Assembly (NCBI GenBank): GCA_048213135.1
Contig: PS015061.1
Location: 93,172 to 141,380, forward strand
Length of the DNA stretch: 48,209 nt
Source of the DNA: Reclinomonas americana ATCC 50394
Lineage: Eukaryota
Direction: 5' to 3'
The notes beneath the pieces were generated by a model. That model was not told where the DNA came from and did not search any database. It saw only the letters and a program-made list of their open reading frames with translations. Shown piece after piece: positions 12,349 through 24,219 of the stretch. How positions within the stretch are numbered: position 1 is the stretch's first letter; each line of letters opens with the position of its first letter. Position numbers and translations under genes: made by a program.

Positions 12349-12592
12349 TCATTGGCGCTCCTCAAACTCTCCAAGAATGGACGCGAACGGGTCAGACGGC
12401 GGCGGCGGCGCAGCGGGCTCCTCCACCACCTGAAAGAGAGAGAGAGCGCGCGCACGTGTGAGCAGAGTGTGAGAAGAAAACATGACAAACAAACAGTCAG
12501 GGCGCAACAGTGGTGTTGATGTTGCTTCCCGAGCACTGGATGTCGGGAGTGACGTGCGGCGCAGGCGCCGGGGTCGGGATCATGTTGCCCAT
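12349..12592 (-). CDS. 54-aa proline-rich microprotein, tandem paralog A (2 exons)
   Basis: Exons 12592-12509 and 12429-12349: MGNMIPTPAPAPHVTPDIQCSGSNINTT/VVEEPAAPPPPSDPFASILGEFEERQ*. gcagccATGG start context. Intron position shared with paralog B. Confidence 0.75.
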
Positions 12593-13100
12593 GGCTGCTT
12601 GAGTGAGTGTGTGAGAGAGTGATTGATTCGATTACCGGCAGGACGATAGAAGTCTCGATCGTCGCCCTTCACGCGTGCATTTGCGAGCTGTGCACAGTGG
12701 CGTCGGTAGACAGACGCTCCATCCAGCTGGCAAGTAAGAGCATGAGCATGAGATCTGCTGCTTTCAAATAAAGTTGATCACGAAGTCGAACAGCGGCTGG
12801 CTGGCATATTGGGCTGGATAGGGATCAAAAGAGCTCTACATCAAAGCCCTCCCTGAATCGTGGCAGGCACCGCGACACGGTGTGCGAGACAGTGCTCACA
12901 TCCACGCTGGCGAACAAATGCACACTCTTTCTGACACGCACGCATCTCGACGACGCCAGACTCACAACAACGTGCCACCCCACCAATGCACTAATATGAG
13001 AATCAAGCAAGAGCAAGCAGGCAAGCAGGCAGCCACTGCATTCTCAACAACATGGGATTGAAGACTTGAGGACGAAAGCCTCTCGCCGTCCCCCTGCTCG

Positions 13101-13310
13101 TCAGCTACCCCAGGCTCCCATAATGTCTGCCAGAGTGTCGCCCGTCGGTGCTGGCGGTGGAGCAGGCTCCTCCACGACCTGAGAGTGGGAGAGAGAGTGT
13201 GTGAGAGCAGAGTGAGAGAGAGACACACACACAGTCAGGCATACAAACGGACAGAGAGAGAGAGAGAGCACGTGTGTGAGAGAGAGTGGGAGAGGGAGAG
13301 AGGGAGAGCA

Positions 13311-13345
<35 letters not shown>

Positions 13346-13494
13346 TGAGAGTGTGAGAGAGAGCAGAGTGAGCGAGAAGAAAAATAAAGCGCAACTGTGG
13401 TGGTGATGTTGCTGCCCGAGCACTGGATGTCGGGTGTGACGTGCGGCGCAGGCGCAGGCGCCGCCAACATCTCTCCCATGATAGTGTTTCCCAT
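13101..13494 (-). CDS. 58-aa proline-rich microprotein, tandem paralog B (2 exons)
   Basis: Exons 13494-13396 and 13178-13101: MGNTIMGEMLAAPAPAPHVTPDIQCSGSNITTT/VVEEPAPPPAPTGDTLADIMGAWGS*. Core differs from paralog A mostly at synonymous third positions. Confidence 0.75.
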
Positions 13495-15062
13495 GGCTGC
13501 TGTGTGTGAGTTATGAGAGAGAGTGAGAGAATTCGTCAACTGCGCTGGATGATGGAATTCTCGATCGTCGAGCCTTCACGTGCACGCGCGCGCAGTGCGA
13601 GCTTGCCCAGTGGCGCAGACAGACGCACATCCCGCTGTTGCAGCACAGACCGACGCTCCACCGAGCCGACAAGCACGATCACGAGCATGATGGCTGCCGG
13701 CGCCGATCGCGATCAACTGACGCTGATCTTTGAAGAGAGGCTGGATGGCATGTTGTGGGGCGATGAAAGGAGGGTGCATCAGCTCCCTGTCGCATGCATC
13801 GGCGTATGGATCGTGACCTCGGCGCGCACAGGCACCGCGACGCGAAGTATTGCCTGTGCCAGACGCATCTGGAAATTGCCTGCTTTTTGCTGCTGCACCG
13901 CCTCCCACGTCGCTCTTTCGTTCTGCTGTGTCTTTTCCCACATGCCCCACACACGCACTCCACCGTTGCGTGTCGCAGCAAACACCGGCGCCGGCCACTT
14001 TTCGCGATCGCCGATTGATCGTACGCGTGAGAAGATCCGCACTGCACACTCGCGCGCGCGATCGTTCCTGCAGGCGCCTGCGTTTGTATTGTGTGGATTC
14101 GGAGGGTCGTTCGCAGCGTGAAGGAGGTGGGCCACACGCGTACGCACTGGCGGCACAGCACAGCGACATGTCCACCACAGCACAGAACTGTTTCGTCGTA
14201 CGCCAGCGCGCCCTTCTCTCACAGCGTGCAGCTGAGTGCAACCTCTTTGGGTAATGTAGTACAGCTCCTCTACACGTGCATGCACTCTGCTGAAGGGCGG
14301 CCGAGTGGGGAGCGTGTGGGGGACATTGCTGCGGGTCTGTTTCTCTTTGTCTGATTTCTGTTGTCTGTGTTTATTCTTTCCTCGGCCTGCGCCCGCTCGC
14401 AGCACAAGAGTGCCTCCACCCTCCACCACCATTTCCTCCCCGCGCAGGCATTTTTTCTCCAACACAAGCACACAATCAAATGCGTGGTCATGAAACCGAA
14501 CTCTCATTTGCATCACCTTGGACATGCATTCGAATTCGTAACACGCACGTGACCCACGCATGCAGGTGTGCTTCAAGCCTGTGGCGCGCATGTGTGCGTG
14601 CAAGTGAGGGCGACGAGGTGGGGAAAGAGAGCGTGCGTATTATGCGACCAATACGTTGTTGTACCCTGATCGTGTTATATACGCCAGATGCAGCAATCCC
14701 ACGCATTGCCTGCAGCTCTCCCTCCCCGCTCTCACACCACCACCACACAATTCACGCGGGCATGCTCCACCAAAGACCACACCTGCTTCTTTTTATTCCG
14801 CACACCAGCCAATCACACTGAGGCGACAACTGATGCAAGGAAGGCGTGCGCAAACTGTCTAGAAACGTGCGTCGCGACACCTTCAGTTTTCCCAAGTAGA
14901 CACGAGCAGAGCGCACGCTGCACACGCACCTCATCACCTGCTCTCTCTCGCTGTTCACTAGACGTGTGTGTGCGTGTGTCACTGTGTGCTTTCGTTGAGC
15001 GCGTGTGTGTGCGGAGGGCAACAGAGGAGAAGCGGACACTGCATTACATCTCTAACTCTCCC

Positions 15063-16566
15063 ATGCGTCGCCAGGTTCGTGCAGTATCCCTTTCTCTCTT
15101 CCTCCCTCCCTCGTGTCTCTCCCTCTGTGCTCCTCTACCCACGCACCACTGCACTCTCCACTGCTTGTGCAGACGCCACGCAAATCTCTTTTCCCTTTCT
15201 CTTTTTGTCAATACAACGCCTACTCATAATCAAACTTCTCACCCCCTTCCCCCCTGCCTCTCTCCCCTCGCCTCCCCTCCCTCCCTCTCGTGCATCAGCT
15301 GTACCCGAGCAACGACGACAGCGACGATGGCGTGGCCAGTCAACTCGCCGCCAAGGAGAGCCACAACAGAAGCACGCCCACTGCCCTGTGCCTCCCAGTG
15401 CCCTCGGGCTGGCGTACTCCACTGGACGACGACGACGAGGAGGAGAAGCACAGCAACAGCAGCAGCAGAGTGGCCTCCACAGTGATCGCCAGCAGTGTGT
15501 CGTCAGGGGAGCTGAGCAGCGACGGCGACGATACGGTATCCAAGCCGGGCGAGCATCACTCGTTGCACCGGCGCCACCGATCGGCCGGCGATGAAACCAC
15601 CCTGCTCCTGCACCGCCTGCGCCCACCCTGTGTCGAGCCAGAGTCGCGTCGCCGCCGTCGCCTGCGCCTCCAGCAGCGCACGAATTTGACAGTGGACGAC
15701 CTCGACTGGTCTGCTGCCGCTGCTCCTGCTGGTGCGAGTGGAGGTGGCAAGGGAGGACGGCATTCTCCAGCTGCGTCGGCTGCGGTATCAGGGCGAGTTG
15801 TTATTACGGTGGTGGCGGCCGCCATGGCCGGCGACCCGGCTGCCAGCGGCGAGAGAGTGCCCGCTGTGGACCGTTTTGATAGACTACGCGTGCGCGATGC
15901 TAGCGGCAAGACGCGCCAGTCGCGCTCGCCCGATGGCAGTGGCAGTGCTGGTGGTGGAGGCGGTTTCGCGGTTTCGTCGTCGTCATCGTCATCGCAGACG
16001 TCACCATGGGCGTCTGTTGGGGTCGACTCGTCGCAGCCGCGTCGTCGACCGCCACAGGCCGAAAAAGCACCACCGGCGCCCTTATCCGACACCACTGCGA
16101 CAACAACCACAGCAACCACCACGCTTAGATTACCTGTCGTTGTGCTGCCCGAGATTCCCCACGCACCGGTGCGCGAGTACTCGCTCGCCGCCGTTCTCAT
16201 TCCCGAGGTCCTCGCCGCGCAGCAGCAGCAAAAGCAGCCCGGGTCGCCCATGTCGCCGCCGTCCAGCGGCTCACCGTCGTCGTCCACTGGGTCGCCAAGA
16301 CCAAGCGGCTCGGCCTTGGCAGCTGCTGCTGCCGCCGCCGCCGGCGGCAGTGGAAGTGCGGCAAGCGGCGGTGGCATCAGCAGCAGCAACAGCAGCAACT
16401 CTCTGGAGCGTGATGGCTCGTCGGAACTGATCAAGTTCAAGACCGTCATGTGCCGCACCTTCGAGAGCACCGGCAGCTGCCCGTACGGGAACAAGTGCAA
16501 GTTTGCCCATGTTGCGTGAAGCAAGAGAAGAAGAAGATAATGGAGAGGGAGGGGAAGATGAAGGAA

Positions 16567-16597
<31 letters not shown>

Positions 16598-17169
16598 GAG
16601 GAGGAGGAGGACGAGGAGGAAGGAGAAGAAGAATGCGAAGAAGCAGAAGTGCAAGATGAAGTTGATGCAGAGAAAAACAAGACTTGGTGAACAAGATGGA
16701 GGAGTGGGGAAAATAAGAGCAAATTAGAGGACGCAGAAGACGCGCAAGATGAAGCCGAGAAAGAGGAGAGCAACGTGGGGTGGTAGGGAAAGAAGAGCAA
16801 AACAGAGGATGCAGATGAAAAGTGAAGCAAAGGAAAAGATGAACAACAAGGTGAAGCGCGCAAGATGAAGCCGAGGAAGAGAAGGAGAACGCGACGATGG
16901 GAGAAGAAGAAAGAGAGCACTGCAAACAAGGGGAAGAATGTGATGCAGAACAAGTAGTGAAGATGGAACAGAGAAAGGAGAGAGAAAGGAGAAAGCGACG
17001 ACAAAGAGCAGGATGACAGGGGGAGGAGAGAGAGTGGGAATGAAGGGAGAAAACAGGAAGAGAGCAGGCAAGAACAAGACAAGGTGAAAAAGAAGACTAA
17101 CACCGCCAAGGAAGTGAAGGAGAAGGCGGGAGATACAGAGAGAGAGAGGCAGAGAGAGAGAGAGAGAGC

Positions 17170-17210
<41 letters not shown>

Positions 17211-17377
17211 AGAGACGAAGAAGAGAGAGACGTAGACGTACGGACGGACGAAGGGCGGTAGTACGGTTAACGGTAACGACGCGTAGTCGTAGACGTCCTC
17301 CTACCTAACCCGACCGACCAACCNNNNNNNNNNNNNNNNNNNNGAGAGAGAGACGAGAGACGAGAAGAGAGAGAGAG

Positions 17378-17459
<82 letters not shown>

Positions 17460-18502
17460 GGAGAAAGGAGGAGGAAGAGAGCAGGCAAGAACAAGCCAAG
17501 GAGGATAGACACGTAGAAGAAGAAGGAAGAGATGGAGAAGGTGGAAGATGCAAAAGAAGTGGCGGATGTTGAAACAGAGGACACAGAACAAGAACACACA
17601 AGGAAGAGAGAGACAGACAGACAGAGAGAGAGAGAGAGAGAGAGAGAATATGCAAGAACAAAAAAAGGAGAAAAAGAAGACAAACACCGCCAAGGAAGTG
17701 AAGGAGAAGGCGGAAGATGCAGAGCATGAGAACGACATGATGACGGCGACGACGAAGAACAAGAATACAAGGAGAAGAGAGAGAGGAGAGAGAAAGGAGG
17801 AGGAAGAGAGCAGGCAAGAGCAAAATCAGGAGGAGAGAAGATAGAGACGCAGAAGAAGAAGTGGAACAATGCACAAGAAGACGTGGAGAAGGCGGAAGGT
17901 GCAAAAGAAGTGGTGGACGTTGAAACAGAAGACAGAGAACAAGAACACAGGGAAGAGAGAGAGAGAGACAGAGAAAGAGAGTAAGAACAAGACAAGGAGA
18001 AGAAGAAGACAAACACCAAGGAAGTGAAGGAGAAGGCAGAAGATGCAGAGCATGAGAACGACATGATGACGGCGACGACGAAGAACAAGGATACAAGGAA
18101 GAAGAGAGAGAGAGAGAACAGGCAAGAACAAAACAAGTAGCGATGCAGTGCAAAAATGAACCCTCTTTTCCCCCTCTCCCCCCTCCTCCCTTCCCCCCTT
18201 CCCCCCCCTCCTCCCTTCTCCCCCTCCCCCCTCCTCCTTTCACTCACCTCTCCCTCTCCCCGCACCAGGGCCCTCACGAGCTGCGCGAAGTCCCGCAACA
18301 CAAATCCTTCAAGAGCAAGCCATGCCGCTACTTTTTCAGCACCGGCGTGTGCCCCTACGGCGACCGCTGCTTCTTCGTGCACCGCTGGACCGAGCTGCCT
18401 CAAGTCGCCAGCAGTGGCCAGCTACTCCTCGCCACCTCACGTCGCCTGCCCGCCTTTGAGGACCTGTGCGGAAGCGATGACGATGACGATGCTGCACAAT
18501 GA
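15063..18502 (+). CDS. Tandem CCCH zinc-finger mRNA-decay factor, tristetraprolin/ZFP36/TIS11 family
   Basis: FKTVM-CX8CX5CX3H, then intron 16511-18268, an 18-aa spacer and FKSKP-CX8CX5CX3H. C-terminal RRLPAFEDL resembles the TTP CNOT1-binding motif. Start uncertain (ATG 15063 spliced to 15299 assumed). Confidence 0.9.
16520..18135. repeat. Purine-rich intronic low-complexity DNA with internal duplications, (GA)n tracts and an assembly gap (17324-17343)
   Basis: CCAAGGAAGTGAAGGAGAAGGC recurs near 17105, 17690 and 18015. GATGCAGAGCATGAGAACGACATGATGACGGCGACGACGAAGAACAAG occurs at ~17716 and ~18042. Confidence 0.85.
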
Positions 18503-18656
18503 TTGCTTAATTTTTCCTTTTTTTTGCTGTTGCCTCTGCTGTCTTGCCTTTGCGTGCGTGCGTATCTGTCGGTTGCCTCCCTTGTGTGTGCCGCGACGCA
18601 TGATCGGTGGTGTTCGGAAATGAAATCGAAATCCGCCTCACTCACTGCAAAACAAC

Positions 18657-18960
18657 ATGGCGGAGAGTATTGCAGGTGTCGACGATCTGTTTGCCTCGTT
18701 GGGAGCAGTGCCGCAAGCGTACACTGCACAGCGCACCACAAGACAACAACCGACTGCAACAATGCCGCCCGCTGCTCCTGTGCCTCCTCCGCCTTCTGTT
18801 CCTCCTCCGCCTCCACTTGTGTTTGCCGACGATGAGCGACGCTTCCTCGTGCAGTATCTGCGTGCGAGACAACGAGTCAATGATGATGATGATGTTGATG
18901 AGGAGGAGGGTGATGATGACTCGCGTTCGTCTTCGTCGTCGTGGGTGCGTCTGCTTTCTC

Positions 18961-19030
<70 letters not shown>

Positions 19031-19266
19031 TGCTTCTCTCTCTCACGCTGTGTGTTTGGTCAGTGGTACTTGGTGGGGGCGGCGGGAGTGGTGCTGGCGC
19101 TCAACTTTCTGTGGAATGTGACGCATCGTGGTGTGCGCGCCACGTATGCGCTCTCGCTCGACGATGCCTACAGAGGTAACGCGTGCTTGTGGGCTGTGGG
19201 GAGTTGTGTCTGCTCGCTGCTCACTCACTGCCTGCGTCTGCAGACGAGTACGAATCGTATCGATAA
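18657..19266 (+). CDS. Hypothetical single-pass membrane protein (3 exons)
   Basis: MAESIAGVDDLFASLG...polyP...acidic...SSSSW/WYLVGAAGVVLALNFLWNVTHRGVRATYALSLDDAYR/DEYESYR*. Introns 18945-19063 and 19176-19243 keep frame. One hydrophobic segment. Confidence 0.65.
18963..19029. repeat. (TG)n microsatellite, intronic
   Basis: Uninterrupted TG dinucleotide run. Confidence 0.95.
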
Positions 19267-19287
19267 ACTCTTCTCTCTACGTTGTTG

Positions 19288-22200
19288 TTATTCGTCGTCT
19301 CCTTCATCGGCGGCAGCGACGGCCGGCATTGCCTCGTCGTCCTCCTCCTCCTCTTCTTCGACCGCGTCCTTGCCGTCTTCCTCGGGCCCGGGAGCTGCGG
19401 CTGTCACAGTGGCGGTGCTTCCGTTGCTTCCGCTGCCACTGGCAGCACCGTTGCGCAGTCGTTGGCGACGATGTACGACCAGCTCGGCTTCCTCGCTTGT
19501 GCATCGCTCAAACACGCACACGGTCTCGACGTGGGCCGTGTGCGGGAACATGTCGACTGGTTGCGCAATGACCGGGCGGAAGGGAAACCCTTGCAGCTTC
19601 TTGCTCATCGGACGGCACAACCTGCGTGCATGGATGAGCTGCAGATGGGGGAAGATCTGGCTTCTGTGCACCACGAGAACGCACAAGATGGCATCGTTGA
19701 CCAGCGAGCCTGGTTTGCACGAGACGTACACCACGCGGTTGATCTCTTGGCAGCCGCGAATGGAACGCACCACATCGGGATGCAGACCGCTGCGCGGTGG
19801 ATCTCTGCGATTGCACGCGTGGCATGTCAGTCGGTCGCGCACTTTCATAGACATGCGCGCTTGCAAGAAACGCACACGACGGCCACGACATTGCGATTGG
19901 CTGACGAGTGCGCCGGCAGGTACTGCTGAATGTTGTACTTGCTGAGGACATCTTCGGCGCGACCGGCGACAAACGTGCAGTTAGTGATGCCTGCGCGCGT
20001 GGTGAGAAGCAATGGCCCTTCTCCACAGAGACACAAGTACAGTGGGTACCATTCAATTCGGCGTTCTTGGCCGCATCCTGCACCGCCGACTCGACAATGT
20101 CGACACCGACGACGCGCTCGGCGTGCGACGACAGAATGAGGCCAATGGTTCCTGATGCGGAGAAGTGAGACGGTTGTCGGGAAGGGCATTCTCTCATTTT
20201 CTCCGCCACTCACCCGTGCCGCAGCACACATCCAGCAACAGAGCCGGCTTGTTCGACAGTTCAGGCACTGCAAATCACGCGAGTCAACCACCGGCACCAC
20301 CACTTCACCATTGTTATCTCCCTTCCTCACCATGCTCTGGCACGGGGGAGGCAAGCTCCGCGCGAGGAGCATATGCCCAGTGCTGTACCAGGCGGTACAG
20401 CTTTTCGCACGCCGGCTTGTTGACTTGGAAAAAGGAGCTCGGCGAAATGGCAAACTGCAGTCCGCACAACTCTTCGAGGACGACAGGCGAGCCTTCGAGG
20501 CACTCGGTGGGCACATCGGATGGCACTGCAGTGCACACGTGATTTAGCAGAGAGGAGAGCCTCGGTTTGTCGCCGCACGAGACGCAACATGAATCCGACA
20601 CGCTGTCAGACACTTGCAGGAACACGTGGACGCGCGAAACGGTGGGCGGCTGCACCGCTGGCGTTTCTCCGTCGCCATTCGCTGCATACGCCGCCACCAT
20701 CTTGTCGTGCACCTCGGCATCGAACGCGCCCACAATGTTCTCCAGCGTAAAGTACTGCCGCACCAGTGCACGCAGCGGATCCAGCTCTTCGCCCTGCCGT
20801 CCTTGCGGATGCGCGGCCACGGCAACTAGCACTTTTTGTGCCACGGATGGTGTGAGTTTCTTGCCAAAAGAGAGAGGCAAGGGACTTTTGCCGCACGCAA
20901 CATTCGCCCCGTGAGGTCTGTCGGACGAGAACCTGGCGCCACGTGCCGACATGCGACTCGCGCTGGAATGGCAAGCCGGCTTCTGGCGAGCGAATCATGC
21001 GTGTGGCCACACTCGCCACGCACTTGGCCTCCACCGGCACGTGCGGACATCCGTATGGTTCCTGGAAATTCGTGCACGTGAGTTTGACGCTGGTAGAGAG
21101 GAAGAGACGAAGCAGGGGAATAAACCTCGATCGTGTAGTTGGCACCCTGCATCTTGCCCTTGGTGAATCCGGCCAGCACCTCACCGGCGCCGTTGATACC
21201 GAAAGCAAACTGCGTTAGATGTGTCAGGAGAGCGAGACAGCGAGGAGAAGAGAGAGGAGACAAACCTCGCATTTGTTGCGGTACTCGTTGAGTTGCGGGG
21301 ACGGCACAATGTCGAGCATCGGGCACAATGAGTTGCCCTTTTCTGTGCATAGGGGAAGGAGAGGGATGAGAGGGGAAAAGGAGAGGAATGCAGCGCGGGA
21401 AAAGGAGAGGAATGCAGCGCGGGAAGGAAAGTGCAGGAGAGGGGAGGATTCGTGGATTTGACGGAAGGAAGATTGGGGGACAGGAGAGGGAAGTGTAGAA
21501 AGGAGAGGAGTGCAGTGAGGGAATGAGAGGGTAGGAGAGGGGAGGAGACGTGGATTGAGGCATGGAAGACGGGGGACCGGAGAGGGAAGAGGGGAGAAGG
21601 AGAGGGGTGCATAGAGGAGAGGAGAGGAGTGCAGGAGAGGAGAGGAAACGTGGATTGAGGCATGCAAGATGGGGGGACCAGAGAGGGAAGAGAGGAAGGA
21701 GAGGAGTGCAGCGAGGGGAAGGAAAGAGGAAACGTGGATTTGAGGCATGCAAGATGGGGGGACCGGAGAGGGAAGAGAAGAAAGGAGGGGAGTGCAGAGA
21801 GGAAAGGAGGGTGCAACAGAGGAGAGGAGATGTGGATTTGACGGAAGGAAGATGGGGGGACAGGAGAGGGAAGAGAAGAAAGGAGAGGGGCGCAGAGCGG
21901 AGGGGAAAGAGGAAACGTGGATATGAGGCATGGAAGATGGGGGGACCAGAGAGGGAAGAGAGGAAGGAGAGGAATGAGCGAGGGAAGGAAAGTACAGGAG
22001 AGGGGAGGAGACGTGGATTGAGGCATGCAAGATGGGGGGACCGGTGAAGGAAGAGAGGAAAGGAGAGGGATGCAGCGATGGGAGGAGAGCGCAGGAGGGG
22101 GAGGAAACAAGGACGGAAGATGACGAGGTTGCGAGAAGAGCGAAGGAGGGAAGAAGTAAGGATGTGATCAGTGGAATAAGGAGAAGAACTGCGTTGCACT

Positions 22201-24164
22201 CGCGCGAACTTGATGGGAGACCGAGAGAAACGAGAACGAGGTGACGAACAGGAAGAGCTTCAGAACGTAATAAGGAGACGAGTGGATCCTCACCATCGAC
22301 ATACCACACCGGAGTGCGCGATTCCGACCATTCCCGCTGATTAAAGGTCCCATTCAGCTGCTTACGCAGCGTGCTAAACGCATTCACCACCGTCGATCGC
22401 TTGGTTTGCAACTGAATCTCGTATGGCATGCTGTCGCGAGGCAGTCAGTGACACGGAATCAACAGCAGGCGCACGCAGCACTCACCTATGCAACGGTGCC
22501 GTAATGTCAACGACGGTGCGTGTGTCCGGAGGCTTCGAGGCACCGCCGTCTTCCTGGAACAGTGGGGGCAGTGAGTGAAAAGAAAGAGAAGGGCTGGGTG
22601 AAGAGAGGAAGAATGCAAGGCGATAGTGAGGAGTGGAAGGCAGTTCCATTCGTGAGAGAGAGGCCGAAGGGAGGAGGGTCATGCAGTTCGAGTTAGGAGT
22701 GTGACAGCGTGAGAGAGAGGTGTATGATGAAGCAGAGTGCAACAAGCAGAGACAAGAATGAGGGCGAGTTGGGCCGGAGCAGAATGAGACAATACAGAAT
22801 GCAGCAGAGAAACCAGAACAAAGTGAAGGAAGGAGGAGCGACATGCAGATCGAGTTAGGAGTGTGAGTGAGAGGCAAGTGTTGAAGCAGAGTGCAGCAAG
22901 CAGAAACAAGAATGAGGGCGAGGTGAGTGAATGACTACGTAAATGGGGTTGGGTGTGATAGAGAGAAAGAAGGAGACGCAGAATGCAGAAAAAAACAGAC
23001 TGTGGCGAAGTGCAAGGCGAAGGGAGGAGTGTAATGCAGTCCGGGCTGGGTGTGACAGTGCGTGTGTGTGAGAGGGGGGCCTGAGGTGAAGCAGAATGCA
23101 GCAAAGAGTGGCAACGAGTAAGTGCAAGACGAGTGAATGCGTGCAACGCAGTGTGAGAGAAAGAAGGCGATGCAGCAAAAAAAAAGAAACTATGGCGAAG
23201 TGCAAGGCGAAGGGAGGAGTGAAACGTAGTTCTGGTTGGGTGTGCGTGTGTGAGAGAGACGCGAGAATTGACAAAGAATGAGAGCAAAGCGACTGGCAAG
23301 TCCGTGCACGACAAGTGACACCACCAACACCTCCCACTCCCTCCCTCCAAGCTCCCTGACCTCCGTGCGCTGGCGCTTCTGTCGCGGCCCCGGATCCGGT
23401 CGACCCACCACCGCCTTGATCGCGCAGTGTCGCACCGTCACCCCATCCAGCTTGACCACGGCCGCCGCCGCCGCCTCGGGAGACGCATACACCGCCGTCG
23501 CCCAGGTATGCGAGGGCGCCTTTTTCGCATTCTGCAGCGCCTCCGGTGCCGTCTTGTTCAGCAGCTTCATGAGATCGCGCTGCAGTCATGAGGTGTGAGA
23601 AGGGGAAGGAGGAGGACAAGGGAGAGGAGGAGAATGAAGAGAAGGTGGTGGTGGAGAAGAACAAGAAAAAGATGAAGAAGAAGAAGGAGGAGGAGGAGAA
23701 GAAGAAGAAGGAGGAGGAGAGGGAAAGAGAGGAAGAAGAAGAAGCAAGAAGATATAGAAGATAAAGAAGAAGAAGAAGAAGAAGAAGAAGAAGAAGAAGA
23801 AGAAGAAGAAGAAGAAGAAGAAGAAGAACAAGAGCAACAACACGAGAGGGAGGAAGAGGAACAGCAGGTCACTCACATTTGACATGTGCGACGGGAGATT
23901 GCGCAGAGTGATCATGTCGAATCGCTCAGGCAACGCACTGCCACTGGAGGATGCATGCTCGAGCTCTGGTTGATCACCTGCATGCACGCAAAAGCGTGTG
24001 TGAGAAACACACACACAGAGAGAAAGAAATGATAAAGTGCATTTGTGACGAAACGTTTTCCAGTGACTGCAGCCGCAGTGGCGGTCTCTGCGTATGTGAG
24101 GTGTGAGATGCATGCTCGACTGTGAGTGAGCAAGTGAGCACAGACCGTGCTCGTCGACTTGCAT
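19288..24164 (-). CDS. TRMT2A: tRNA (uracil-5-)-methyltransferase, TRM2/TRMT2A-like, with N-terminal RRM-like domain
   Basis: Motifs EYRNKCE/FAFG, FAISPSSFFQVN, LLDVCCGT/GTIG, VVGVDIVESAVQDAAKNAELN, DPPRSGLH, VYVSC, PVDMFPHTAHVE. RRM-like ITLRNLP...AAAAVVKLDGVTV. ATG at 24164. Confidence 0.93.
21430..22070. repeat. Degenerate minisatellite, ~85-100-bp unit, ~7 copies, inside TRMT2A intron 21343-22293
   Basis: GTGGAT(T)TGA(G/C)G...AAGATGGGGG(G)AC...GAGAGGGAAG recurs near 21452, 21549, 21649, 21734, 21831, 21917, 22013. Confidence 0.85.
23765..23828. repeat. (GAA)n microsatellite, intronic
   Basis: Perfect GAA trinucleotide run in a TRMT2A intron. Confidence 0.95.
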
Positions 24165-24219
24165 GTGTGATAATCAATCCACTGGCGATCCGCCTGCCGC
24201 ACTTCAACTCACATCATCC

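Noticed and set aside
13760-15060. Overlapping 130-270-aa ORFs upstream of the CCCH gene
   Set aside because: No codon bias, motifs or consistent splice structure; more likely promoter or 5'UTR.
17215-17343. Odd GTAC/GACG/ACC-rich stretch before the N gap, including CCTAACCC
   Set aside because: Looks like low-quality read-end noise after a (GA)n tract at a contig edge. A single telomere-like unit is not an array.
20270-20330. Apparent frameshift or stop in TRMT2A before LLDVCCGT
   Set aside because: Resolved by an ordinary GTGAGG...TTGCAG intron.
21430-22070. Regularly spaced repeats as a CRISPR-like array
   Set aside because: Repeats are degenerate, the intervening sequences are related low-complexity purine tracts, the context is a eukaryotic intron and there are no cas genes.
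20826-22429. Long minus-strand ORFs of 309-457 aa rich in S/P/L/F
   Set aside because: They read through the CT-rich minisatellite intron of TRMT2A; only the flanking exon parts are coding.
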